A stretch of 64,000 nucleotides of DNA, taken from positions 27,743,097-27,807,096 of the forward strand of contig NC_092397.1 of the NCBI RefSeq assembly GCF_030028105.1, read 5' to 3'. Each line of letters starts with the position of its first letter. The stretch's first letter is position 1. Below the pieces are notes generated by a model that saw only the letters and a list, made by a program, of their open reading frames with translations, had not been told where the DNA came from and did no database searches. Shown here in pieces: positions 24,501 through 37,139 of this stretch. Origin of the DNA: Mobula birostris (Eukaryota). Made by a program: the position numbers and the translations under genes.

Positions 24501-25240
24501 GATGGAGCATTTTATCAGCGTGGATTTTGGAACTGTACAATGACATTGGATTCAGTTTTATGTTTGGAAGATGATATTGGGAAAGCACTTGTAAATAAAG
24601 AAGTTGTAATTGCAGTATTTTTGTATTGAAAAAACATATGATATGTTATGAAAGGATTAAATTATAGAAATGTGGAGTGAGAAGAAGGCTACATTATTTT
24701 TTTCTGAGTTTTTTATTTGTATGCTCCAGGCAGTTAAGGATACGTAAGGTATATTTGGGATTCTATATGGTGGAGAATGGGACCCTATAAGACAGTATTT
24801 GTAGCCCTTTATTGTTTAATATTATGATTAGTGATATTTTTTCTGAGATAGGTACTGGGGTGGGGAAATGACCTTTTGCAGATGATGCAGATTTATGGAT
24901 CAGAGGTATAAAATCCAATCCAATTGTATATAGAATGTGATTAGTGATTAATAAGGTCAAACAGTGGGAATATAGACAGGGTTTAAAGCTTTCAGTAGCT
25001 AAAATACATTTTGTGTTTCACAAAGATGATCAATAGACCTCTTTATTGATCCATATCTTCCTCAATAGCAATTGATTTGAAATTATATGGTCAAACTCTT
25101 GAATAAGTGTCAGTGGTAAGATTTTATGGCATGTGGCTGGATTATAAGCCGACATGGAAGCACCATATCAGTAAAATAATTGATAAATGTAAAGGAGCAC
25201 CGAATATTCTTGGGTGTCTGTGTACGTATTCTTGGGGCAC
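21550..25240 (+). mobile_element. Decayed Nimb/I-clade LINE (ORF1 end, APE, RT), 3' end missing
   Basis: ORF1 end VKAAEKYLGI; ORF2 remnants ILQWN, GSDYFPV, APWW..EC..IRERNK, YRPISLTSHL, ICSPLLFNIMISD..FADD. Confidence 0.75.
23007..24027 (-). mobile_element. CR1 LINE 3' fragment nested in the Nimb element
   Basis: VPQGSVLGPLLFLIFIDDLD..KFADDT, LVRPHLEYCVQFWSP and FFTQRVVGAWN; tail 'tagaacatagaa'. Confidence 0.93.
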
Positions 25241-25356
25241 TATCGGCCCATCACTGTGACTCTGTAAATAATTGATAAATGTAAAGGAACACTGAATATC
25301 CCTGGGTGTCTGTGTGGGTATTCTTGGGGAGCTATCGGCCCATCACTGTGACTCTG
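25171..25356 (+). repeat. ~92-bp tandem duplication spanning the LINE/H3-pseudogene junction
   Basis: 'aaataattgataaatgtaaagga...ctatcggcccatcactgtgactctg' occurs twice, ending at 25264 and 25356. Confidence 0.9.
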
Positions 25357-25680
25357 ACGGGGAACCAATGCTGCCAGAAATCTACCGAGCTGCTCATCCG
25401 CAAACTTCCCTTCCAGCATCTGGTGCAGAAGATCAGGCAGGACTTCAAAACCGATCTATGCTTCCAGAGCTCGACCATCAAAGGCCTGGAGGAGATTAAT
25501 GAGGCTTACCTGGTCGGGCTCTTTGCACCATCCACACCAAGCGAGTCACCCTTGTGCCCAAAGATATTCAGTTGGCTCGCGGCATCGCCAGAAGTGAGCC
25601 TCAGCCTGGCCTCGGCAGCAAACACAACAAAATGCTCTTTTAAGAGCCACTAACCTGGAAGAGGAAAGGGCTGTCGCTTT
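25331..25680 (+). pseudogene. H3: Histone H3 pseudogene (N-terminal ~40 codons lost)
   Basis: [34 protein letters not shown]; a 16-nt frameshifting deletion after LVGLF; stem-loop tGCTCTTTTAAGAGCC at 25633-25648; downstream ggaaagggctgtcgct is identical to the intact H3 flank. Confidence 0.93.
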
Positions 25681-26109
25681 CTCTTCATTACACTGTTGTG
25701 TTCACACACATTATCCCTCTGATCTCCCCCGTGGGAGTTTTGGGGTTGTTTGATGGGAAATCCCAATTCTCACACCAACTGATCTATTTGTTTTGGTCTC
25801 AGCTCATTTCATCAACACATCAATGTCACACTTTAGCCAAAGATGACCATCCACACCAGCAATAACCCCATCATCTCACAGTCAGTGTGAACTTACTGCT
25901 CACGATTCCTACATCCACTCCCAAATCACTCAGTTATATCACAAACAGCAAAGGTCACAGAACAGATCCATGTGGAACAACACTTGTCACCAGCATCTGA
26001 TCACAAAACTACTCTCTGCCATCACTCTGTCTCCTATTGCAAAGCTAATTCTGGATCCAATTTGCCAAATGGCCTGACTGAGGCCCATATGAACCGTATC
26101 AATAAACTT

Positions 26110-26737
26110 CGTCGGTGACGGCAGACCTGGGTGAGGACGGTCAGGACCCAAGTGCTGGAGTATCAGAGACTAAAATCCAGACACGATAGGAGATGGAAAC
26201 AACGACGGGGTTCCAAACCAGTCTGTGTCTGGAGGGAAGAGCACTTTGAGTAACTCCTTTGCTCCAAATTGGAGAAAAATAGGTAAATAGAAGAGAAGTA
26301 AAAAATTACAATAGAAACTGCAGATTCTGCAGTCTGAAGCAAAAGCAGAAAACAGGAAACTCCAGACCTGCCAGTTCACCACTTGTACTAGGAGAACATT
26401 TGGGGCTGTAGCAAAGCAGGAAATTATTGCCAACTTACAAAACCATCAGCCAAAGTTAACAGACTCTGGTGAAAGAGATTCTATGTTTAACAAATACATT
26501 TGAGTGTTTGAAGCTGTAACACCAACTGTGGACAACGAGTCCCAGGAATGCACTGAACCAAGATGTCCAGGACACGTTTGATAAGCCGCTCCATCACAGG
26601 GAGTTGGGGAAAATGAGAGCTGACCGTGATTTCTGAACTTGCTGATCAGAAACACTGATGGGAACTGAGTTGTGAAGAGCGGTGAGGAGTCTACAAAGGG
26701 GTAGATACAGGTGACGTGATTGGACACAGGTCTGACA
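26110..26737 (-). mobile_element. Possible degenerate solo LTR
   Basis: 'ggacccaagtgc' near the left end and 'caggtg..attgg..tgaca' at the right end resemble the layout of the 5696-6985 LTR; the left terminus is imperfect. Confidence 0.3.
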
Positions 26738-27229
26738 ACTGGGATATTGTGGGGGAGGGAGAGTGTGAACTTGTACCTGACCCTCTGGCTAAAGAAATGT
26801 CTTCTTATCTCTTTTCTGAAGAGACATCCTTCTACTCTGAGTGTGTGCCATCTGGTGCTGGACGAACCCACTACAGGAAACATCCACTCCACGTTCACTC
26901 AAGTGGTTATAATGTCACTCTCTTCTCATTCTTATGAACTTCAGCAAGTACAGGCCCAGAGCCATCAAATGCACCTAATATGTTAACCTTTTCATTCCCG
27001 GGGTCATTCTCGTCAACCTGCTCTGGACCCTCTCTGATGCAAACACATCATTCCTTGGATAAAGGGCCCAGCATTGCTCACAATACTCCTTGCGGACTGA
27101 CAAATGTCAGCATGGACAAGCGGGCCCCTATTTTCACATTTCTGTGAGAAAAGTAACTAATTTTCATTCTTATATTTTGCTGATTTTAATGTAATCTTCT
27201 TCCTCAGTTGTAATTTCTATTTCCCTTCA

Positions 27230-28310
27230 CGATGAAGACTTTGCATTCAAAGTCAACAACATCTCCTCCACAATCACCGTCAGCACTGGTGCACCACAAG
27301 GTTGTGCTTGGCCCACGACTCTACTCACTTTATACCTGTGATTGTGTGGCTAAGTACAACCCCGATGACATATTTAAGTTTGCAGATGACACCACTGTTG
27401 TTGGGTGAATCAAAGGTGGTGACAAATTTGCCCTCAGGAGGGAGATGTGTGATCTGGTTGAATGGTGCCACAACGACAACCTCTCACTCAATATCAGCAG
27501 ATCACTGACCACAGGGGCAGGAAACCGGACGTCCACGGATCAGTCATCAGCAGGGGACTGGAGGTGGAGACAGTCAGTAACATTAAATTTCTGAGCATTA
27601 TCATTTCAGAGGGTCTGTCCTGGGACTAGCAGTAAGTGTCACTATAAAGCAGGCAGGGCAGTGACTCTGCCTGCGTGTAATCAGCGTGACATCTGAAACT
27701 TTGACAGATATAGATGCAGAGTGGAGAGTAACCTGACTGGTTTCATCATGGCCTGATATGGAAACACAATGATCAGGAATGGAAAGGAAAATGTCTACAA
27801 GAAATTTGTGGAGATGTCAGGTGTAATTTTTTTTACCAGAGCGTGGTGAGTGCGTGGAATAGGCTACCGGCAAAGGTAGTGGAGGCGGATACAATAGAGT
27901 ATTTTCACAGACTCCTGGATAGGTACTTGGAGCTTAGAAAAACAAAGGGCTCAGGGTAATGCCAGGTAATTTCTAAAATAGGTAGAGGTTTGGCACGGCA
28001 TCGTGGGCCGAAGGGCCTGTATTGTGCTGTAGGTTTTCCATGTTTCTAACTGGTGGATGCATCCCAGTACATCACAGGCGAAGCCCTCCCCATCATTCAG
28101 TACATTTACAAGCAGCACTTCTACAAGAAAGCTGCATCCATCATCAACAACATCCTTCAGCCACCTCATGCTCTCTTCCACTGCTGCCATCGGGAAGGAC
28201 GTACAGGAGCCTTAGGTCCCACACCACCAGGTTCAGGAAGAGTTGTTACCCTACAGCAGTCATGCTCTTGAAATGGTGTAGGTATCTTCACTGAACTAAT
28301 TGCATATCCT
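27230..28310 (+). mobile_element. Rex-Babar LINE remnant with nested CR1 3' end (~27790-28050)
   Basis: STGAPQGC, FKFADDTTVVG and LLPSGRTYRSL motifs; the nested piece ends 'gggccgaagggcctgtattgtgctgtagg..atgtttcta'. Confidence 0.75.
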
Positions 28311-28412
28311 GCACACTCACTTTCAAGTACTCCACAACTGAATTGCACAGTAATACACATCAAAGTTGCTGGTGAATGCAGCAGGCCAGGCAGCATCTCT
28401 AGGAAGAGGAGC

Positions 28413-28447
28413 AGTCGATGTTTCAGGCCCAGACCCTTCGTCAGGAC
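28413..28447 (-). ncRNA. Penelope-associated hammerhead motif, slightly decayed
   Basis: Minus strand GUC-CUGACGA-A-GGGU(CUGG)GCCU-GAA-ACAU-C-GACU; core intact, palindrome changed by CpG decay. Confidence 0.55.
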
Positions 28448-28599
28448 ACAGTAATATTTATGTTTTAGTATTTGCATTATTTGTCTTCTTTTGCACATTG
28501 GCTGTCTGTTCAGTCTTTGCTGTTTATAGTTTTCCTAAATTCCACTGTCTTCATTTCCCTGTAAATGCCTGAAAGAAAATTAATCTGAAAGTAGTAACC

Positions 28600-30835
28600 T
28601 GTTGCACCAGATGTCCCAACACAGGGGACCACTGCTACACTACGATAAGGAATGTCTATCATTTGCTCCTAAGACCACATTTCGTTAAGTTGGATCATTT
28701 GACTGTACTCCTCCTACCTGCACACAGACAGAGCCTAAGGAACAAGGCTTCAGAGATCAAGATAACCGAGGGGTGGTGTTGGGAGGCAGAGGAACGGTTA
28801 CAGGATTGCCTTGGGTCAGCAGGCTGAGCCATGTTCATGAACTCATCTCAGGACCTGAAGGACGACACCGGGGTCACTACAGACTTTACTAAAACAGCTG
28901 TGGAGTCGTGTGTCCCCACAAAATCATTCAGGCTTTTCCCAAATCAGTAGGCCTGGATGAGCAATGAGATCAGGAACCTGCTGAGTGCCAGGTCAGAGGC
29001 ATTCAAGTCTGGAGATCAGGAATGCTACAAGAGGTGCAGGTATGATCTCCAGAAACCATCTCTTTGGCAAAGTGGAGATTCCAGGCTAGACTGGAATAAA
29101 AGAGAGATGCTTGATAGCTGTGTCAGGGTTTGAATGCCAGAACCTCCTGCAAAGGTAAATCTTGTGATAAAAGGGGACAGCACAGCTTCGCTTCCAGACG
29201 AGCTCAATGCCTCCTATGCTCACTTTGTCCACCAGAAGAGGGAGCACCCCCGTGTCTCCCGATGGTCATTTGGTCTCAGTATCTGAAGATGACGTGCAGG
29301 CTGCCTTCAAGGGAGTGAATGCAAGGAAAGCATCCAGTCTGGACGGAGTACCTGGCCGAGTACTGAAGACCTGTGCTGACCAGCTGGCTCATGTATTCAT
29401 GGATATCTTCAACCTCTTGATCTGGCAGTGTGTGGTACCCACCTACTTCAAGGAAGCTTCAATTATTACGGTGGCCAACAGGAGCGTGGTAACCTGTTTA
29501 AATGACTATTACCCAATGGCACTTACATCCACAGTGATGAAGTGTTTTGACAGGCTGGTGTTGAAGCATATCAGCTCTTGTCTGAATGGTGACTTGGATC
29601 CTCTCCAATTCACCTGCCGAAGCAACAGCAGATGCTGTCTTGTTGTCTCTTCACACAACTCTGGAACATCTGGAGAGCAAAGATGCAAACATCTGGATGC
29701 CCTTTATTGATTACAGTTCAGCATTTAACACCATCATCCCCTCAAAGCTGATCAGTAAGCTCTCAGACCTGGGCCTCAATACCCCCTTGTGCAATTGGAT
29801 CCTGGATTTTCTCAGGTGCAGATCCAAGTCAGTTCAGATTGGCAAAAACATCTACTCCACAATCTCTATCAGCACAGGAGCACCACAAGGAAGTGTGCTT
29901 GGCCCCCAGCTCTACTCACTTTACACCTATGACTGTGTAGCTGAGTACAGCTCCAACACCATATACAAGTTTGCTGATCACACCACAATCAAAGGTGGTG
30001 ATGAATCAGCAAACAGGAGAGAGATTGAAAACTTTGCTGAGTGGTGTATTAACAACAACCCCTCACTCAATGTCAGTAAGACTAAGGGACGGATTGTACA
30101 CTTTAGGAGGGAAAAACCAAAGGTCCATGAGCTAGTAATCAAAGGATGATCAGAGGTGGAGAGAGTCAGTAACTTTAAATTCCTGTGTGTCACTCACTCA
30201 GAGGACCTGCCCTGGACCCATCGCATAAATATAATTGTGAAGAAAGCACAACAGCACTCTACTTCCTCAGGATTCTGCGGAGGTTCAGCATGTCATTGAA
30301 AACCTTGGCAAACTTATATAAATGTGTGGTGGAAGGTGTGCTGACTGGCTGCATTACGGCCTGGTATAGGAACACCAATGCCTTTGAGTGGAAAATCCCA
30401 CAAAGTGTAGTGGATTCGGCCCAGTATATCACAGGTAAAACCCTCACAACCACTGAGCACATCTACATGAAACATTACCATAGGAAAGCAGCGTCCATCA
30501 GCAAAGATCCTCACCACCTAGGCAATGATCTTTTCTCACTGTTACCATCAGGTAGAAGGTACAGGTACCTCAGGACTCGCCCCACCAGGTTCAAGAACAG
30601 TTACTACCCCTCAACCATCAGTGTCTTGAACAAAACACTCATGTCACCACTGTTATATCGTTATTTCATGCTTGTTATTTATTGCTATTTATTTCTCTGC
30701 ATTTACACAATTTGTTTACAGTTTATAGTTCCTCATATTTACAGTTCACAGTTACTGTTCTATAGATTTGTTAAGATTGCCCGCAGAACAAGATTCTCGG
30801 GGTTGTCTGTGAGAATACATTTGAATTTGAACTTT
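28600..30835 (+). mobile_element. Rex-Babar LINE ORF2, ~2.2 kb, frameshifted
   Basis: DGVPGRVLKTCADQLA, YYPMALTSTVMKCF, FIDYSSAFNTIIP, STGAPQGSVL, YKFADHT and RFKNSYYP; (tttgaa)n tail. Confidence 0.9.
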
Positions 30836-31129
30836 GAACAATATGGTGACATATGCGCAGTGTGATAACAACTTACTTTGGATAAAATTTTGGCTTTGAC
30901 AATATTTTTCCGTGATGCTCTTTTATCATGATCCAGTTCCAACATATTTCATCCAAAATTATAAAAAGATTATCCACACAAAAATATAGAAAATACAAAC
31001 ATGACATATTTATAAGATCGAAGAGCTAAATTACAATATGAATATTACTGTGTATAACATACTCAATTCCAGGGAATGGTGGAGTGGGTCACGTCCCTGG
31101 AAATCTCCCACTCCCCCCATTCTGTTTAC

Positions 31130-31425
31130 AATGGTCGCAAGTTTTTCAGCCGCTCTGCTGATTGACAGCTCCCTCTGCCCCGCCTCCCCGGCTGCCGGGT
31201 CACTGTCACGTGACACGTTGTGATTGTTACCCCGTGACGCGCTGACGTCACAAAGCCCCACCTTTAGCGACGTCGTTTCCCGGGGAACGGGCCGTGGTGG
31301 GCGGTAAGTCCGGGGTGGTGGAGTCGGTCTCCACTTGTTGGGGTTTCGGCCTCTCCTCTTCCTGCCCGCGGAACAGTGAGTGTCTGTCAGCGCCTCACTG
31401 CACCGGCTCTCTGCCTCAGGTACAA
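31130..31425 (+). promoter_or_regulatory. CpG-rich Pol II promoter-like cluster with candidate first-exon donor
   Basis: TGATTGACAG 31159-31168, GC box ~31178-31184, palindrome TGTCACGTGACA 31204-31215, CRE TGACGTCA 31243-31250, X-box-like GTTTCCCGGGGAAC 31275-31288, GTAAGT 31304-31309. Confidence 0.65.
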
Positions 31426-32515
31426 TATTTAAAACATATTTGCACAGTCACATGGATGGGAAAGGTTGAGAGGGATACGGGCCTAATGCAGGCAGATGGG
31501 CCGAGTTCAGGTCGACAACTTGGTCGGCGGGGATGAGTTGTACCGAAGGGACTGTTTCATTTCTGTATAAACCAGTGACTCTGTATTGGGAGGTTAAATC
31601 ATGGCAGGATGTACACAGATTCCTGAGAAGTTTCTGCCCCCCTCCCCCACACCTCTCTGGTACTGATTTAGATACCAGTTATTCTCTGTGTGAAATATTT
31701 ACCCCTCAGATCCCCTTTGAATCCGTCTTTAAACAGTTTTGTCCTATTCTAATGAGAGGCAGTTCTTTGACTGTCGAGGCAAGCAGAACACACAACCCTG
31801 TCTACCTGTGATGCCACGTACAGGGAACTGTGTAACAATATTAGAGGCACATGCACAGGGGCTTCAGTGAGCAAGGCCCAGAGGGATATGAAACTAATGC
31901 AGGAAAGTGGGATTAGTACAGCTGTGCATGATGGGGAGCATAAATGTGATGGGCCAGAGGGTCTGTTTCTATCCAGTACAACCCTGACCACAGCAGTCCT
32001 CCACTGCAGTGGGGTTTGTCACCTTCATTCTCAACTGTGAGCTTGTTCCACTGAACCCCTTATCCTCTGAGAAGACATTTGCACCCTCCCACCGTGACCA
32101 AGCTATCAGCCATCTCTCCTAATATCACCCAGAGTACTTCACCAAATTCCCATATAAAACTATTGTTACTGGTGCATAGGGAATGACAGCATTTTGGTAG
32201 CCTTTTGAGGGGGTTGGTTCAGTATTTGACCATTAATTCCTTTGTACAACAACAATCCCATCATACTGGGTACTGAATGTTTTAGGTATGACCATCCTGA
32301 AGTTCTGTGTTTCAGGTTCCCATTGCACTTTCACTGTCAGTGATTTCTGCATGTCCATACTGACCATCGAGAATCTGTCTCCACTAACTCAGAACTTGGT
32401 CTGTCTTCTACCCTGCCTTGGTGATTCAAATGCTCATCCAGATGCTCCTTAAATACCAGCCTGCATCACCCCTTCAGACTGTGTTCCAGATTGTAACCTC
32501 CCTCTGGGGAGAAAG

Positions 32516-35500
32516 GAAACATAGAAAACCTACAGCACAATGCAGGCCCTTCGGCCCACAAAGTTGTGCCAAACATGTAGCTACCTTTGAAATTACTAGG
32601 GTTACCCATAGCCCTCTGTCTTTCTAAGCTCCGTGTATCTATCCAAACGTCTCTTAAAAGACCCTATCGTATCAGCCTCCACCACCATTGCTGGCAGCCT
32701 ATTCCATACACTCACCACTCTCTGCATTTAAAATAAAGAGAAAAAAACAACTTAACCTGACATCTCCTCTGTACCTACTCCCAAGCACCTTAAACCTGTG
32801 CCCTCTTGTGGCAGCCATTTCAGCCCTGGGAAAAATCCTCTGACTATCCACAGAGTCAATGCTCTCATCATCTTATACACCTCTATCAGGTCACCTCTCA
32901 TCCTCTGTCGCTCCAAGGAGAAAAGGCCGAGTTCATTCTACCTATTCTCATAAGGCATGCTCCCCAATCCAGGTAACATCCTTGTAATTCTCCTCTGCAC
33001 CTTTCTGTGGTTTCCACATCCTTCCTGTAGTGAGGTGACCAGAACTGAGCACAGTTCTCCAAGTGGGTCTGACCAAGGTCCTATCGAGCTGCAACATTAC
33101 CTCTCGGCTCCTAAGTTCAATTCCACGATTGATGAAGGCCAATGAAGCGTATGCCTTCCTTACCACATAGTCAACCTGCGCAGCTGCTTTGAACGTCCTA
33201 TGGACTCTGACCCCAAGATCCCTCAGGTCCTCTACACTGCCTTGGTCTTACCATTAATACTATATGCTGTCATCATATTTGACCTACCAAAATGAACCAC
33301 TTCACACTTATCTGGGTTGAACTCCATCTGCCACTTCTCAGCCCAGTTTTGCATCCTATCAATGTTCCGCTGTAACCTCTGACAGCCCTCCACACTATTC
33401 ACAACACCCCCAACCTTTGTGTCATCAGCAAACTTACTAACCCATCCCTCCACTTCCTCATCCAGGTCATTTATAAAAATCACAAAAATTAAGGGTCCCA
33501 GAACAGATCCCTGAGGCACACCACTGGTCACCGACCTCCATGCAGAATATGACCCGTTTACAATCACTCTTTGCCTTCTGTGGGCAAGCCAGTTCTGGAT
33601 CCGCAAAACATTGTCCCCTTTGATCCCATGCCTCCTTACTTTCTCAGTAAGCCTTGCATGGGGTACCTTATCAAATGCCTTGCTGAAATCCATATGCACT
33701 ACATCTACTGCTCTCCCTTCATCAATGTGTTCAGTCACATGCTCAAAAAATTCAATCAGGCTCGTAAGGCACAACCTGCCCTTGACAAAGCCATGCTGAC
33801 TATTCCTAATCATATTATACCTCTCCAAATGTTCATAAATCCTGCTTCTCACGATCTTCTTCATCAGCTTACCAACCACTGAAGTAAGACTCACTGGTCA
33901 ATAATTTCCTGGGCTATCTCTACTCCCTTTCTTGAATGAGGGAACAACATCCTCAGTCCTCCGGAACCTCTCCTGTCCCCATTGATGATGCAAAGATCAT
34001 CGCCAGAGGCTCAGCAATCTCCTCCCTCGCCTCCCGCAGTATCCTGGGGTACATATCATCTGGTCCCGGCCTCTTATCCAACCTGATGCTTTCCAAAAGC
34101 TCCAGCATATCCACTTTCTTAATATCTACATGCTCAAGCTTTTCAATCCGCTGCAAGTCATCCCTACAATCATCGAGATCCTTTTCTGTAGTGAATATTG
34201 AAGTAATGTATTCATTAAGTACCTCTGCTATTTCCTCCGGTTCCATACACACTTTCCCACTGTCACACTTGATAGGTCCTATTCTTTCACGTCTTATCCT
34301 CTTGCTCTTCACATACTTGTAGAGTGCCTTGGGGTTTTCCTTAATCCTGCCTACCAAGGCCTTGTCATGGCCCCTTCTGGCTCTGCTAATTTCCTTCTTA
34401 AGCTCCTTCCTGTTAGCCTGACAATCTTCTAGATCTCTAACAGTACCTAGCTCTCTTAACCTTATGTAAGCTTTTCTTTTCTTCATGACTAGATTTACTA
34501 CAACCTTTGTACACCACGGTTCCTGTACCCTACCATAACTTCCCTGTCTCATTGGAACGTACCTATGCAGAACTTCACACGAATATCCCCTGAATGTTTG
34601 CCACATTTCTTCCGTACCTTTCCCTGAGAACATCTGTTCCCAATTTAAGCTTCCAAGTTTCTGCCTGATAGCCTCATAATTCCCCTTACTCCAATTAAAC
34701 ACTTTTCTAACTTGTCTGTTCCTATCTCTCCCAATGCTATTGTAAAGGAAATAGAATTATGATCACTATCTCTAAAATGCTGTCCTGCTGAGAGAACTGA
34801 CACCTGACCAGGTTCATTTCCCAATACCAAATCAAGTACAGTCTCTCCTCTTGTAGGCTTATCTACACATTGTGTCAAGAAACCTTCCTGAACACACCTA
34901 ACAAACTCCACCCTATCTAAACCCCTTGCTCGGGGAAGATGCCAATCAATATTTGGGAAATTAAAATCTCCTACCGCGACAACTCTGTTGTTATTACTCG
35001 TTTCCAGGATCTCTTTCCCTATCTGCTCCTCGATATCCCTGTTACTATTGGGTGGCCTATGAAAACCACCCAGTAGAGTAATTGACCCCTTCCTGTTCCT
35101 AACCTCCACCCACAGAGACTCTGTAGACAATCCTCCCATGACGTCCTCCTTTTCTGCAGGCATGACACTATCTCTGATCAACAGTACCACGCCCCCACCT
35201 CTTTTGCCTTCCTCTCTGTCCTTCCTGAAACATCTGAAACCTGGCACTTGAAGTAACCATTCCTGTCCCTGAGCCACCCAAGTCTTTGTAATGGCCACCA
35301 CATCATAGCTCCAAGTAGTGATACATGCTCTAAGCTCATCCGCTTTGTTCACAATACTCCCTGCGTTAAAATAGACACATCTCAAACCGTTGGTCTGAGC
35401 ACGTACCTTCTCTATCACTTGCCTGTCCTCCCTCACACACCATCTCCAAGCTTTCTCTATTTGTAAGCCAACCGCCTCTTCCCCAGTCTCTTCAGTTCGG

Positions 35501-36575
35501 TTCCCACCCCCCAATAGTTCTAGTTTAAACTCTCCCCAGTAGCAAACCTCCCTGCCAAGATATTGGTCCCTGTGGGATTCAAGTGCAACTCATCCTTTTT
35601 GTACAGGTCACAACTGCCCCAAAAGAGGTCCCAATGATCCAGAAATCCCAATCCCTGCCCCCTGCTTCAATCCCTCAGCCACTCATTTATCCTCCAGCTC
35701 ATTCTATTCCTATACTCACTGTCCCGTGGCACAGGCAGTAATCCCGAGATTACTACCTTTGCTCTCCTGCTTCTTAACTTCCTTCCTAACTCCCTGTAGA
35801 CTGTGTTCAGGACCTCCACCCTTTTCCTACCTATGTCAGTTGTACCATTATGTACCATGACGTCTGGCTGTTCTCTATTCCACTGCAGGATATTTTGGAC
35901 GCGATCTGAAACTTCCCGGACCCTGGCATCTGGGAGGCAAATTACCATCCGTGTTTCTTTCCTGCATTCACAGAGTGCCTAACTAAAGAGTCCCCTATCA
36001 CTACGGCCTTTCTCTTCCTTTCCCTACCCTTCTGAGCCACAGGGCCGGGCTCTGTGCCGGTGGCTCGGCTGCTGTTGCTTCCCCCAGGTAGACTGTCCCA
36101 CCCTGCCCCCCCCAACAGTTCTCAAACAGGAGTACTTATTGTTCAGGGGGACAGCCACAGGGCTACTCTCTGGTACCTGACTCTTCCCCTTCCCTCTCCT
36201 GACTCTTAACCACTTGTCTGTCTCCTATGGTCCCGGTGTGATCACCCTTCTATCACCTCGTCGCTGTCCCTGACCAGACAAAGGTTAACGAGCTGCAACT
36301 CCTGTTCCCTAACGCGGTCCCTTAGGAGCCGCAGCTCAACACACCGGGTGTGGATATTCCCGTCCACGAAGCTGGGAGACTCCAGAACTTTCCACATCTG
36401 ACACCGAGCACAGAACACTGGTGTCACACACATACTTCCTTTCCGCAATTAACGCAGGTAAACCTACCTCGCCTCATTATCACCTAAGCCAGTTGAGCCA
36501 AAGCCCTCTCACTCTGCTGCCCGCTGGATATGGCGCTCTTCTTTTTAACCTTTTCCCGCTCTACTGGCTGATGTC
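32516..36575 (-). mobile_element. Near full-length CR1 LINE (ORF1 zinc finger plus SGNH esterase; ORF2 APE-RT), inactivated
   Basis: Colinear ORFs 36242-36448 (CARCQMW), 35667-35948 (CLPDARV..VVISGLLPVP), 34645-35514 (APE: GDFNFP, SDHN), 33953-34702 and 33232-33894 (RT: DFSKAFDKV, PQGSVLGP, FADD); tail at 32516. Confidence 0.95.
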
Positions 36576-37139
36576 ACGCGCCTGTGCAGTCTTGCCTCTC
36601 TTTACTCCGAGTAGTAAAATACCTTCGGTCTGGAAATACTGAGCCGTTCCACTCGCAGCCTTCTTGCTTTTCCTCATCCTCTTTAAACCACACATTTCTC
36701 TCGTTAAACTTTTGTTGCACACACCTCATAATTGTCTGCATTAAATTCCATCTGCCATTGTAACAGCTGGACAACGTCCCATGTCAATATTTGCTAGCCT
36801 TTCTTGCTGTCCACTGCACCCCTAATCTTGGTGTTATCTGCAAACTTGCTGATCCAGTTTACCACATTCTCATCCAGATTGTTAATACAGATGGAAAACA
36901 GCAATGGACCCAGCACTGGGAAGTTTAAACAGGACAGGATGTACACAGTGAATGACAGGTTCCTGAGAAGTGTTCATGAACAGAGACTTTGTGTGTTTCT
37001 GCCTCCACCACCTCCTCTGGCAGGTCATTCAGGAGACCATCACTGATCCTTATCCCTCTCAAACCCCCCTCCCATAATCAAGAACATCCACATTAGATAT
37101 ACCCAGTGAATTGGCCACAGCCGTCTGTGGGGATGAATT

